Below are positions 38,335 to 47,151 of a DNA stretch of 64,000 nucleotides, one piece after another. The stretch is taken from the sequence record NC_070950.1. One strand, written 5' to 3'. Position numbers and translations under genes: made by a program. The notes beneath the pieces were generated by a model. That model was not told where the DNA came from and searched no databases. It saw only the letters and a program-made list of their open reading frames with translations. How positions within the stretch are numbered: the first letter of the stretch is position 1; each line of letters begins with the position of its first letter.

Positions 38335-38473
38335 TTAATAACTCACAATTGATGTGGGGACCGGTGACGAGTGATAGAATCTGTAAGAGGTGACATCGTT
38401 ACAGATTTTTTGTTACCGCACCGGTCGATGTTATGAAAGGATCATGGTTTTATCACACACAGCAGGTACTTAT

Positions 38474-39247
38474 ATGCATAATCGTAGTGTTAAGCGTGCT
38501 AACCGCGACGCTCGTCGCGAAGCAAGACGTCAAGATAAGTCCCAAAGTAGTCAACTGAAACTGGTGGACAACAATTTCAGTGAAGTAAACCTACCTCTTG
38601 CAAAAGCTGATCGGAGTAAGATTGAGCCGAAAACCCCAATGCAACAAAAATATTGGGATGGGTTACACGCCCACGATGTCGTCATCGGTATTGGTGAAGC
38701 GGGTAGCGGTAAAACGTTCCTCCCGACTTGTTACGCTGCAGAACGTCTGCTGGCTAAAGACGTGGAAAAGATTATCGTTACACGACCAGTCCTACAGGCC
38801 GATGAAGATCTGGGTTTTCTCCCCGGGGATGTTAATGAGAAATTCGCACCTTACTTCCGACCGGTCTACGATATCTTACTGAAGCGCCTGGGTGGTGGAA
38901 TGCTTAACTATTGCATGAAGCCTGGCGTGGAGAAAGTTGAAGTCGCCCCCTTTGCTTTTATGAGAGGTCGTACTTTTTCTGACTCAGTAGTGATTCTTGA
39001 CGAAGCGCAAAACGTTACAGTTATGCAGATGAAAATGTTCATCACTCGTATGGGTGAGAACACTACGGTAATCATCAACGGCGACCTTACCCAGTGCGAT
39101 CTTCCTAAAGGAGTTAAATCCGGTCTGGAAGATCTGCTGGAACGCATTGAACGAGATCCTGAAAATGGATTCCCGATTTATCGTTTCAATGCGGCTGATA
39201 GTGTGCGGTCAGAGATTTGTTCCAAAGCCCTGAAACTTTATAAGTAA
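38474..39247 (+). CDS. phoH: PhoH-family ATPase
   Basis: GEAGSGKT, VTRPVLQADEDLGFLPGD, FMRGRTF, ILDEAQN, NGDLTQCDLP. Likely start is ATG 38474; the tool start is 38390. Confidence 0.95.
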   Translation: MHNRSVKRANRDARREARRQDKSQSSQLKLVDNNFSEVNLPLAKADRSKIEPKTPMQQKYWDGLHAHDVVIGIGEAGSGKTFLPTCYAAERLLAKDVEKIIVTRPVLQADEDLGFLPGDVNEKFAPYFRPVYDILLKRLGGGMLNYCMKPGVEKVEVAPFAFMRGRTFSDSVVILDEAQNVTVMQMKMFITRMGENTTVIINGDLTQCDLPKGVKSGLEDLLERIERDPENGFPIYRFNAADSVRSEICSKALKLYK

Positions 39248-39252
39248 GTTCT

Positions 39253-39289
39253 AATAACTCCTACTCCCGATAAGGGAGTAGGAGTTATT
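39253..39289. terminator. Terminator of the repeated CTCCTACTCCC hairpin family
   Basis: 16-bp stem AATAACTCCTACTCCC-GATAA-GGGAGTAGGAGTTATT. Confidence 0.85.
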
Positions 39290-39337
39290 TTAAACGCACC
39301 ACGACCATTTATGAACTTTTCATAAGAGACTGTAATC

Positions 39338-39805
39338 ATGAACCTCATGTACGACAATTACTACGGAAAAGAAATACTTGGATTGGGTTTAGAGGGTGAA
39401 GTCATCACAATGCTAAATTTGGCGATGGCTGATATTAATCACTTCGCTAAGAAAAGTATCGCTAAAGATATCAACCCCTATCCGTTCAATCTGGAAGATT
39501 TTAAGCACAACCGTTTTAACGAACACTACTTCCTCGTTTTTGATGGGAAGAAAATAGTGTCGATTCTATCCGTCGTTTACGCTTTAGAGCATCATCTCAA
39601 AATAGCTAAAATCTTTAACGTTTATACGTTACCGGAGTATCGCCATAAAGGGCTTGCTAAACGCAACCTAATCGCCGCTATCGTGTCGGCAAGATCAAAT
39701 GGGTACATTGTGCAGTTAAACGTTTACAGGTCTAATAAAGCCGCTCAGAGGCTTTACAAGAGCCTTAAATTTAAACCCGTCGAATACACTATGCAGCTCG
39801 GTTAA
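39338..39805 (+). CDS. GNAT-family acetyltransferase
   Basis: IFNVYTLPEYRHKGLAK (motif A); LNV...NKAAQRLYKSLKF (motif B). Confidence 0.85.
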   Translation: MNLMYDNYYGKEILGLGLEGEVITMLNLAMADINHFAKKSIAKDINPYPFNLEDFKHNRFNEHYFLVFDGKKIVSILSVVYALEHHLKIAKIFNVYTLPEYRHKGLAKRNLIAAIVSARSNGYIVQLNVYRSNKAAQRLYKSLKFKPVEYTMQLG

Positions 39806-39917
39806 TTTTAACGACCATAATGTTTTATTGGTAATAAACGAGAATACGTTGTTTTAAACATCGGTTTGAAATAACACGTTCTCATTTTAAACAATAAATA
39901 AAAAGGTAATAGCCGTT

Positions 39918-40706
39918 ATGAAAATCACGAAACAAGAATTATTATCCGCTTATGTTAACAACGGCACGTCAGATGTCTTAATTATCAATAAAGATAATGA
40001 CACGTTAACTCTTCGTCTTCGTCAGTCTGATACCGATTACGACGATTTCAAGAACATCATAGGTTGGTTAGAAGAAATCACCTTCGTTGGCCATAATGAA
40101 TTACGTCTAAATCCAGGATCCTCACTAACCGGTAAGATCCATCTGGATAACGTGAGTTCTGACGTAGCGAAACTTAATATCGGCCACAGCTCTCTTGGTG
40201 TAACTAAGATAATTGGACGTGGTAGTGTGGAACTCACTAACGCCAGGATACAAGCGGCCACGATCATCTCCAATGCAGGTGATGATGTTACGACAATTAA
40301 AGATTCCGAAATCATTAAAGTTGATGTGGGGGCGAGTAAGATAGCTAATAGTTCTTTGGTTTGTAAAGACATCGTAGGATCGTCCCTCAAAGTCCATAAC
40401 TCCGATATTTGTCATTCGGTTATTTACGCTAACGGGGGAGAGATATTGGATAAGGCGATACGTTCTATTGTCGTCGATACGGACTTATTCGAAGGGAAGT
40501 ATTTATCCATTGGATTCAACGGTTGTCAGATCGTTTGTTATACAAATAAGAACGAGAAGATCGTCGTTGTAGGCGATAAACGATACAACCTAGGACTGTG
40601 GGAAGAACAATTCGTTAATAAAGAGCAAAATTCATTCATTAAAATGGTGAATCAAAAGAAATTAGAAATGATGAATATGTTCTTCGATAGTTTGGCGTTT
40701 AAATAA
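39918..40706 (+). CDS. Hypothetical protein with a probable beta-solenoid segment
   Basis: Repeated I-x-D/N-S-x-I pattern (TIKDSEII, KIANSSL, VHNSDICHSVI). Confidence 0.7.
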   Translation: MKITKQELLSAYVNNGTSDVLIINKDNDTLTLRLRQSDTDYDDFKNIIGWLEEITFVGHNELRLNPGSSLTGKIHLDNVSSDVAKLNIGHSSLGVTKIIGRGSVELTNARIQAATIISNAGDDVTTIKDSEIIKVDVGASKIANSSLVCKDIVGSSLKVHNSDICHSVIYANGGEILDKAIRSIVVDTDLFEGKYLSIGFNGCQIVCYTNKNEKIVVVGDKRYNLGLWEEQFVNKEQNSFIKMVNQKKLEMMNMFFDSLAFK

Positions 40707-40712
40707 TAAAGT

Positions 40713-40748
40713 TTTACTCTACCTCGCGATATCGCGAGGTAGAGTAAA
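40713..40748. terminator. Perfect 36-nt palindrome, bidirectional terminator
   Basis: TTTACTCTACCTCGCGATATCGCGAGGTAGAGTAAA between convergent stops. Confidence 0.85.
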
Positions 40749-40752
40749 TTGT

Positions 40753-43323
40753 TTAACTTACATAAATGGAAGTTAACGATAGCTGGGAGAATATCCCTGA
40801 AATGTACGCCTGAACACCTCGCGTCCCTACGGTGTAGCGATCAATAAAACTATTCATTTGGGTCGAACTAGTTCCTGAATAGTCAGTCCCTGAAACCGAC
40901 ACGGAGGTTGTTCCCGATAGAGTATTGACTGAACTGGTAATATTAGTGGCGATGGATCTCGCCAAAATACCACTTCCGGGATAGTCAATTTTAAAAACAT
41001 CAAAAAAGGTATTACCGGATTGCAAATGGGTGGCCTGCAGACAATTTCCTTTGGCCACATATAAAGCCCCGGACCAACTACTATTATTTACTCCGGTGTT
41101 CCAGATCATCAGAGAAGAAATTGGCGTACCTGAGTTATTATAATAGGAGCAGTCACTTAACCGGAACCATTGGGCTAAATTCAAATTAGATGATGTGACC
41201 GAACTTAACGAGTAGTCGCCGGAAAAACTTACCCCTGACGCTTTCAGTCTGTGAAGGAACGCCGAATCGGCGGTCGTTAAAGGCAAATTAGTCCCTGATT
41301 TGACACTCCCTCCCCTCATGTTAATTTCTACACGTTGATTGGCTTCCTGGGTGCCGTCGTTGGTAATGAACCTTGATAACTCACAGTCGTTGAAATTATA
41401 GGACCCCCTTTGTGAGATTCTCACTAGGGTGGGGGTGCCGTTGTAATTGGGGTTGTGTAATCTCCTAGCGTCGAGCCTAATATTGTGTTGAAATCCGTAA
41501 GATGGACGTTTGATAATTAAATTATCCACCCCTACGTTGTTCATACTGACTTTCATGTCGATAGGTTCGAACATAGTGTCGGTCGATGCAGAAGTATTGC
41601 TTGCCCTGGGCTTCGTGTTGGTGAAATCAATTTTTAACGTCCCGCCGGCGGCGTAGGTAACGTTGTCAAATCGAATATTCATAGGAGGGGTAACCGTTCT
41701 GTCGCGGTTTATCCAATAAATATTTTGAAGGCAACTAGAAGCTTCCGGAGTCTCAATAGTCAAGCCGTCAATATCTATTTTATTAAATAGCTCCCCAGCC
41801 ATCTGAGACCCAGTAGGTAAAGAAGTGTAATTATCGGCGGCTCCCTGTACAATGGACCCTTCTCCATTGGACGCTAAACTGTAATATTTCCAAAATCCTC
41901 TGACCCTGACGTTACGCATAATCAGCGTCCCATCGGTGATTCCTCCGGAAGTAGTCCTGGCCTGCACAAGTGAAGGGAAAAGAAATTTTCCGTAGTAAGG
42001 GTCTCCGGATCCCCTCCCCAGTTCGTATACTGTGTCAAGTATCTCGAGAGTTGAGTTTTTAGTACCTAAGAAAACAGCAGCTCCGTCACCAATCTTGCAG
42101 TTTACAAGTTTGTAATATCCGATGCTTGGGTTATGACTATCGAAGTTGTTGGCCGAGCAATTATCAAAAATGGTATCGGCTATCCAACCGGCCGCGGATA
42201 TCGACCCCCATCCGTAGCCAAACGCGTTTACGTTTCTTACGTATAACTTCGCCCCCCACCCATGGTGGAGTGTGTAAGATGCATAAATGGTCGTTTGATC
42301 CGAGGAAGAAAAGGAAGCGGTTGGGTGAGCGTCGTAGATGAAATCCACGTAGGTGTTGTAGTAATACTGAATGTCGATAACGTGACGTGATCCTATTTCC
42401 GTAATCGGTTTATTGAGTATTCTCCCCTCTTTTATGATCAAGTTGGACACATAAAAGAACTGGAAGAATATAGGTCTAGGTCCATAACGATAGTCGACGT
42501 CCGGCATAATAAATTCACTGAAACCAGCCTGGATAGGTAGCGCCGATATGCTAGTAATCGACGTCCCGTTGTAAGGGAAGACGTTATCCATTTTGCCGTT
42601 AGCGCTTATCCTGGTTACGTGAGCGAGTTTCTGAGTTTTTGCGCCAGCTTGGGTTTGTGTGCTATTATAAACATATAGGTCGTCTGAAAAATTCATAATG
42701 ACCATGCTGTCGTTTAAAGTCGTGTCCGATCCCAACGAATCTAAACAACCGTTTCCGCTTAAGAAGTCTGTGGAGGCATTAGCATTTAACTTAGTTACCA
42801 CGGAAGATCCGGAGGCATGGTTAACTAATCCGCTCGATTGAGAGATCCAGAAAGTCCCGGTAAAATCAGCCGCCGGAATAATTTTCATTCCCCCTAAATC
42901 GGTCTTCTTATTATCGATGATCCAGTTAAACTTGGCGTTACCGGAAATCAAGTACTCACCAGATTTTTGTTTTATAGGAATGCCCGTCAATGTCGACAAT
43001 TGAATAAGGGCTAAAAGTTTGTCGGTGACGTCAACATCCCCCGTGTTCTCTATACCAAACATGTCACAGGAAAGAAATGTTTGAAGGTTAGAGACTTTAC
43101 CTCCATAAGGAAGATTTATAATTGACGACCCGTCCCCTCCGGTTAAAACATTCAGGGTTTCCTGGACGGCCGCCGCTACCCCCTTAGCGGTCAATCTCTG
43201 GTTACCAAAACGATCAGTATAGGTATTCTCATCGGAATTAATGATCTCATCTAACTTTTCGGCATTAAATCTAACATCTATAGCGGTGCTACTGGGTATA
43301 CCATTTTGTGTTGGAGTCGTCAT
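40753..43323 (-). CDS. Tailspike / putative depolymerase with the shared N-terminal module
   Basis: MTTPTQNGIPS..D.RFNAEKLDEIINSD..YTDRFG module, then DMFGI..TG.VD.TD cap and a beta-helix-like body. Confidence 0.85.
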   Translation of the reverse strand: MTTPTQNGIPSSTAIDVRFNAEKLDEIINSDENTYTDRFGNQRLTAKGVAAAVQETLNVLTGGDGSSIINLPYGGKVSNLQTFLSCDMFGIENTGDVDVTDKLLALIQLSTLTGIPIKQKSGEYLISGNAKFNWIIDNKKTDLGGMKIIPAADFTGTFWISQSSGLVNHASGSSVVTKLNANASTDFLSGNGCLDSLGSDTTLNDSMVIMNFSDDLYVYNSTQTQAGAKTQKLAHVTRISANGKMDNVFPYNGTSITSISALPIQAGFSEFIMPDVDYRYGPRPIFFQFFYVSNLIIKEGRILNKPITEIGSRHVIDIQYYYNTYVDFIYDAHPTASFSSSDQTTIYASYTLHHGWGAKLYVRNVNAFGYGWGSISAAGWIADTIFDNCSANNFDSHNPSIGYYKLVNCKIGDGAAVFLGTKNSTLEILDTVYELGRGSGDPYYGKFLFPSLVQARTTSGGITDGTLIMRNVRVRGFWKYYSLASNGEGSIVQGAADNYTSLPTGSQMAGELFNKIDIDGLTIETPEASSCLQNIYWINRDRTVTPPMNIRFDNVTYAAGGTLKIDFTNTKPRASNTSASTDTMFEPIDMKVSMNNVGVDNLIIKRPSYGFQHNIRLDARRLHNPNYNGTPTLVRISQRGSYNFNDCELSRFITNDGTQEANQRVEINMRGGSVKSGTNLPLTTADSAFLHRLKASGVSFSGDYSLSSVTSSNLNLAQWFRLSDCSYYNNSGTPISSLMIWNTGVNNSSWSGALYVAKGNCLQATHLQSGNTFFDVFKIDYPGSGILARSIATNITSSVNTLSGTTSVSVSGTDYSGTSSTQMNSFIDRYTVGTRGVQAYISGIFSQLSLTSIYVS

Positions 43324-43436
43324 CTCTCCCTCCGACTATAAAAATTAACGGCCACACATATTACTATGCATGACTCCTAATGAACTTGGGTCATAAAATT
43401 CAACATGATATTAATCTACATTATTGAGGTTTTATT

Positions 43437-43712
43437 ATGAAATTTACTTCTGCTGTTGCAAAACTCAAACCCGGTTACGGGATTCAGTGCACCGATTGGA
43501 ATGGTGCTAATCAATTTGTTTTTGATGCCTCTTTGACCATGTCTCTCGTTGAAGCACGCAAGCAGGGCTTCCCCGGCCCGGTTAAACTGAAACCGGTTTA
43601 CGTGTTGCATAACGCTAAAGGTGAGCTGCAACCTGGTTGGGTGCCTTCTCAGGGTGATCTGCGCAACGAGAACTGGGTCGTTGTCAAAATCAAAGACGCG
43701 CTGGCGAAATGA
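43437..43712 (+). CDS. tad2: DUF2829 / Tad2-family protein (putative immune-signal sponge)
   Basis: MKF..A...LKPG.....WNG..F.F ... GWVPSQGDL.NENW matches the Tad2 pattern F..A...LK.G...WNG...WVPSQ.D...EDW. Confidence 0.8.
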   Translation: MKFTSAVAKLKPGYGIQCTDWNGANQFVFDASLTMSLVEARKQGFPGPVKLKPVYVLHNAKGELQPGWVPSQGDLRNENWVVVKIKDALAK

Positions 43713-44035
43713 ACTACCATCTCTTCTTCGTCGTAGGATTGACGGTTTGTTTGATCGTTTTTAGTGTCTTTGACGATTACTACACGAAAAGAGCGATTGG
43801 ACTTAAAGGTTACGTTCCTTTCTGGGCCGTCGCAGTAATTCCAGGAAAATCCAAACTTAGTCTTAAACTGATTAAGTTTAAGATGGCGTGTTATGTTTTA
43901 GTTTGGATTGCGTGGCTGGTCATTCTATCATCTCCGTTACCTTTTCTTGTTGCGTTGATGATGACGATCTTGGGATTACTCAGTTGTATCATGTTAGGAT
44001 CGTTGCTTCACAACATCGCTCAATCTAAAAAATAA
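43709..44035 (+). CDS. Hypothetical three-TM membrane protein
   Basis: Three hydrophobic segments; ATGA overlap. Confidence 0.75.
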   Translation: MNYHLFFVVGLTVCLIVFSVFDDYYTKRAIGLKGYVPFWAVAVIPGKSKLSLKLIKFKMACYVLVWIAWLVILSSPLPFLVALMMTILGLLSCIMLGSLLHNIAQSKK

Positions 44036-44039
44036 ATCT

Positions 44040-44068
44040 AAGTAGGAGAGGTTTCCCCTCTCCTACTT
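44040..44068. terminator. Hairpin, probable terminator
   Basis: AAGTAGGAGAGG-TTTCC-CCTCTCCTACTT. Confidence 0.7.
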
Positions 44069-44086
44069 AATAAAGGATGATCTTTT

Positions 44087-45010
44087 ATGCCTATCATTAT
44101 CGTTCCAGTTAGCGGTGGGGTGGAATCCACTGCTTTACTCCATAAAGCCTTACAAGGTGACAACGAAGTTCATCCCGTATACGTTGCCGTCAACGGCGAT
44201 CCCAGATCATCAGTATTTGATTTAACCGCAGCCGAACATATAGTGAATTGGTTTGAAGAACATAAAGGTGGTTACGTCGGGAGATTAAGACCCTTAACGT
44301 ATATGATCAATCCGGTTTTCTTTCATCTCCATAACAACAACAAAATAGAAAACACTCCGGCTAATTATGGAGTGACCCAACAATTTCAATTGGTTTACAA
44401 CATTAGTCTTCTTCGATCTAAATTTTGGGATTGTAATCCAGGTGTCTGGATTGGTTGGTTAAAGGAGGATGGCAATGAATTTTCTTTTAACGAATACGAT
44501 TTCTCGGCAGAGGAGTATAAGGAACTATTAAAATTACCCGTGACACTAGGGACGTTATCTAATATAGATAGAACGTGTAAGCCTTTTAGAGCCCCCTTCT
44601 GGGAAATGACTAAATCGGATGTTTATCTGAGCTTACCTGAAGAACTTAAAACTTTAGTCGTTCCTAACGGTTCCGAGTATTATAACGGAGACGGTGACTT
44701 GGTCAGAACACCTTGGAAAGCTAAAAGGAAAGAATGGATCAATGCGAACATACCTATTAAAGACAGTTATGTATTTTCAGCAGCTCAGATTTCCCGCATA
44801 GGGCGATACGCCGGAAAGAAACTCTTGGGGAAAGATTTCAATCTCTCTCCTAATTACGACGCTTTAATCGAATTAGTTTATCGAGACTCTCGATGGCACC
44901 CCCTCCCCTTTACCAATAAAGACTTCTACACCATTTGTAGTGCGAATAACTTAAAAGACATCGTCAGGGAAGCCCAACACAACATCCCTGCTATCAGACC
45001 AATCGGTTAG
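44087..45010 (+). CDS. PP-loop ATP pyrophosphatase, QueC-like
   Basis: IIVPVSGGVESTALL (SGGxD/ES loop after the first strand); later PFWEMTKSDV matches the P(F/L)...TK..V motif. Confidence 0.65.
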   Translation: MPIIIVPVSGGVESTALLHKALQGDNEVHPVYVAVNGDPRSSVFDLTAAEHIVNWFEEHKGGYVGRLRPLTYMINPVFFHLHNNNKIENTPANYGVTQQFQLVYNISLLRSKFWDCNPGVWIGWLKEDGNEFSFNEYDFSAEEYKELLKLPVTLGTLSNIDRTCKPFRAPFWEMTKSDVYLSLPEELKTLVVPNGSEYYNGDGDLVRTPWKAKRKEWINANIPIKDSYVFSAAQISRIGRYAGKKLLGKDFNLSPNYDALIELVYRDSRWHPLPFTNKDFYTICSANNLKDIVREAQHNIPAIRPIG

Positions 45011-45061
45011 TTGGATGGCTTTATCTATTTTCAGTTCTACATTATCTTTTCGGAGTAATCA

Positions 45062-45250
45062 ATGAAATGTAATCACGATTTTGAAAAACCAACTTACGAA
45101 TTCTTAAAGAAGGAGCTGGGTTTCTTTCACTGCTTTAAACGAACGTGTAAACTATGCGGTCATGTTCACCAACAAGAAGTGAAACGTAAATCAGATGCGC
45201 CTCTCTGGGCTAAAGAAGCGGAAGAGGTATTTCACTATCACAAATTTTAG
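45062..45250 (+). CDS. Small Zn-ribbon protein
   Basis: CNH...CFKRTCKLCGH. Confidence 0.7.
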   Translation: MKCNHDFEKPTYEFLKKELGFFHCFKRTCKLCGHVHQQEVKRKSDAPLWAKEAEEVFHYHKF

Positions 45251-45262
45251 GAGTCAATATCA

Positions 45263-45658
45263 ATGGGTATGATCGATTATGTTTACGTTGAGGGAGATAA
45301 TAAGGTCGGAATCCCTAAACTAATCGGCGGTGAGCACTATCAAACCACGGAAATGGATTGTCTTTCGGTTAAATACAAAATTAATGAAAATGGTGTATTT
45401 TCTGTCGTGGGAAAGGGTAATTGGGAAGGTGATTACGAACAAGATGTTTTGGGTGGGCGTTTAACCGAAACAATTGCGCTCGTAGGAGAAACGGAAGAAG
45501 GTAATAAAGAGCTTTTTCTTTATATCGAGAATAACGTTGTTAAATTCGTTTTCGAATACGGTAACATTCGGTATAGAGCCGAAGATATTAACCTTGACAG
45601 CATGTATCGAAAATTCACCGATGAATTCTTGGGTGAATTCGAATTCTTATTAGAGTGA
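45263..45658 (+). CDS. Hypothetical protein
   Basis: 131 aa, AGGAG RBS. Confidence 0.75.
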   Translation: MGMIDYVYVEGDNKVGIPKLIGGEHYQTTEMDCLSVKYKINENGVFSVVGKGNWEGDYEQDVLGGRLTETIALVGETEEGNKELFLYIENNVVKFVFEYGNIRYRAEDINLDSMYRKFTDEFLGEFEFLLE

Positions 45659-45665
45659 GGATAAA

Positions 45666-46232
45666 ATGGCTTTCTCTATTTCTGGAAATGGTCTAAAGAC
45701 AAAGGGTTTAAGGACACCTAATTGCTCTTGGATTAAAAATGCAAATGATCGATTCTATTCAATCGATAATGGTTGGGAGCGGTATATGAAAGCCTCTACA
45801 GAAGAGATCATTAATGGGGTAAAACGCATTAACCTCAGTTCACCTGATTTTGGCATTAACGATATTTTGATTAGTTTAATCGTTAGATTCAATACCGATA
45901 TTCGTTTGAGCAAAATCTTCAAGAAGGTTAACAATAACGATGTTCCTTCTTTGTTTAATGACAGCGACTTCGTAAAGCATTACACTCAGCGACCTCATAT
46001 AGAAAACGGGTTATTGAAATATAACAGTTGGACAGTGGGGGCGGGCCGTCTGCCAAAAATCCAGTCTTTTGATTGGAGAGTGTATGGGTCTGAGGGATTT
46101 AATATCATAACCATCCCCAACCCAAAACCTAAACTAAAGATCCGGTTTACAAGAAGTAATAAGCCAGGGTACGTTAATTTTGTTGTTAAAGAACAACCGG
46201 AACTTAACGAATGGGAGAAAGTTTATGGGTAA
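45666..46232 (+). CDS. Hypothetical protein
   Basis: 188 aa, GAGGA RBS. Confidence 0.75.
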   Translation: MAFSISGNGLKTKGLRTPNCSWIKNANDRFYSIDNGWERYMKASTEEIINGVKRINLSSPDFGINDILISLIVRFNTDIRLSKIFKKVNNNDVPSLFNDSDFVKHYTQRPHIENGLLKYNSWTVGAGRLPKIQSFDWRVYGSEGFNIITIPNPKPKLKIRFTRSNKPGYVNFVVKEQPELNEWEKVYG

Positions 46233-46443
46233 AGCGGATCGAATTAAAGTTAAACGGGCCGCGAAGTCATTGGCCTCGATGAAAGACGAGATGGCACGGG
46301 CGTTAGACAGGTCGTTTTTAGCCGCAATCGAAGCGTTAAAATCGGTTACGGCCCCACCCCAACCGGCTTTGGTGAAAAAGTCGGAAGCAGAGGACCTGGA
46401 CGAAGGTACGATCGTTGAGGAACGCAGTAATGACAAAACGTAA
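46225..46443 (+). CDS. Hypothetical protein
   Basis: Start moved to ATG 46225, overlapping the upstream stop. Confidence 0.65.
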   Translation: MGKADRIKVKRAAKSLASMKDEMARALDRSFLAAIEALKSVTAPPQPALVKKSEAEDLDEGTIVEERSNDKT

Positions 46444-46735
46444 GTTACTCTCTGGTCAAGGCATGACACGATCTGAAAAGAAGATTTTCAGATATTTCGA
46501 GGGTCGTGTTTTAAGGGGTCGGCGTAAGTATATTAAAATTACTCGTGATGAGATTTTATCTCGGAAATATGACGGGTCTTTCATGCCCGAATCGGCATTC
46601 GTCAAGATGTTGGAAAAATCCTTCGGTCACGCCTTCGAAGGAAAAATAAACGAACGCTGGTCTGCGAGTTTAGCCAACTATTCTTCTCTCAACAAAAAGG
46701 TCGCTCTTCGCGGACATTTAAGAGATTCTGTTTAA
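46430..46735 (+). CDS. Basic hypothetical protein
   Basis: K/R-rich; start moved to 46430 after a GAGGA RBS. Confidence 0.7.
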   Translation: MTKRKLLSGQGMTRSEKKIFRYFEGRVLRGRRKYIKITRDEILSRKYDGSFMPESAFVKMLEKSFGHAFEGKINERWSASLANYSSLNKKVALRGHLRDSV

Positions 46736-46761
46736 ACCTAATTACCGACAGGAAATAAAAA

Positions 46762-47151
46762 ATGAGTAAACGAGGATTATCATCCAGCCCCTATAGGAGT
46801 AGACTCGAAAAGAAAAAGTTGGATAAGAGGAGAGCCGATCTTTTCACAGGACCTAAACTGAGGGGCCGTAAAGCTATTCAACAGAAAATCCGGATTGAAT
46901 CATATTTTAAAGACATTTGTTGGAATCCCGACGGATACTTATTAAGTCAAAATCACACTCGTAAATTTAGACAAATGCTCTCCGCCACCCCAATTCTTAG
47001 TGCTTCAGCGGAAGCGCTTAATGGTTCCGCTAACCGACAAGAGAGTATCTACGAAACATTCTCTTTTTATACCCACAAAAATATTGACCTTAGAGATTAT
47101 CGCAAGGCTCATGGTCGTCCTTTAACTACTAACGGATTCCAACATGGCTAA
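46762..47151 (+). CDS. Basic hypothetical protein
   Basis: K/R-rich, AGGA RBS. Confidence 0.75.
   Translation: MSKRGLSSSPYRSRLEKKKLDKRRADLFTGPKLRGRKAIQQKIRIESYFKDICWNPDGYLLSQNHTRKFRQMLSATPILSASAEALNGSANRQESIYETFSFYTHKNIDLRDYRKAHGRPLTTNGFQHG

Noticed and set aside
38390-38473. N-terminal extension of PhoH
   Set aside because: ATG 38474 has a GCAGGT RBS-like site, and the upstream residues show no family resemblance. The longer start is not excluded.
29071-43323. Diversity-generating retroelement or invertible tail-fibre shufflon
   Set aside because: No reverse transcriptase, template/variable repeat pair, invertase or crossover repeats were seen.
44087-45010. 7-deazaguanine DNA modification cluster
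   Set aside because: Only a QueC-like gene is present; no queD, queE, folE or dpdA lies in the window.
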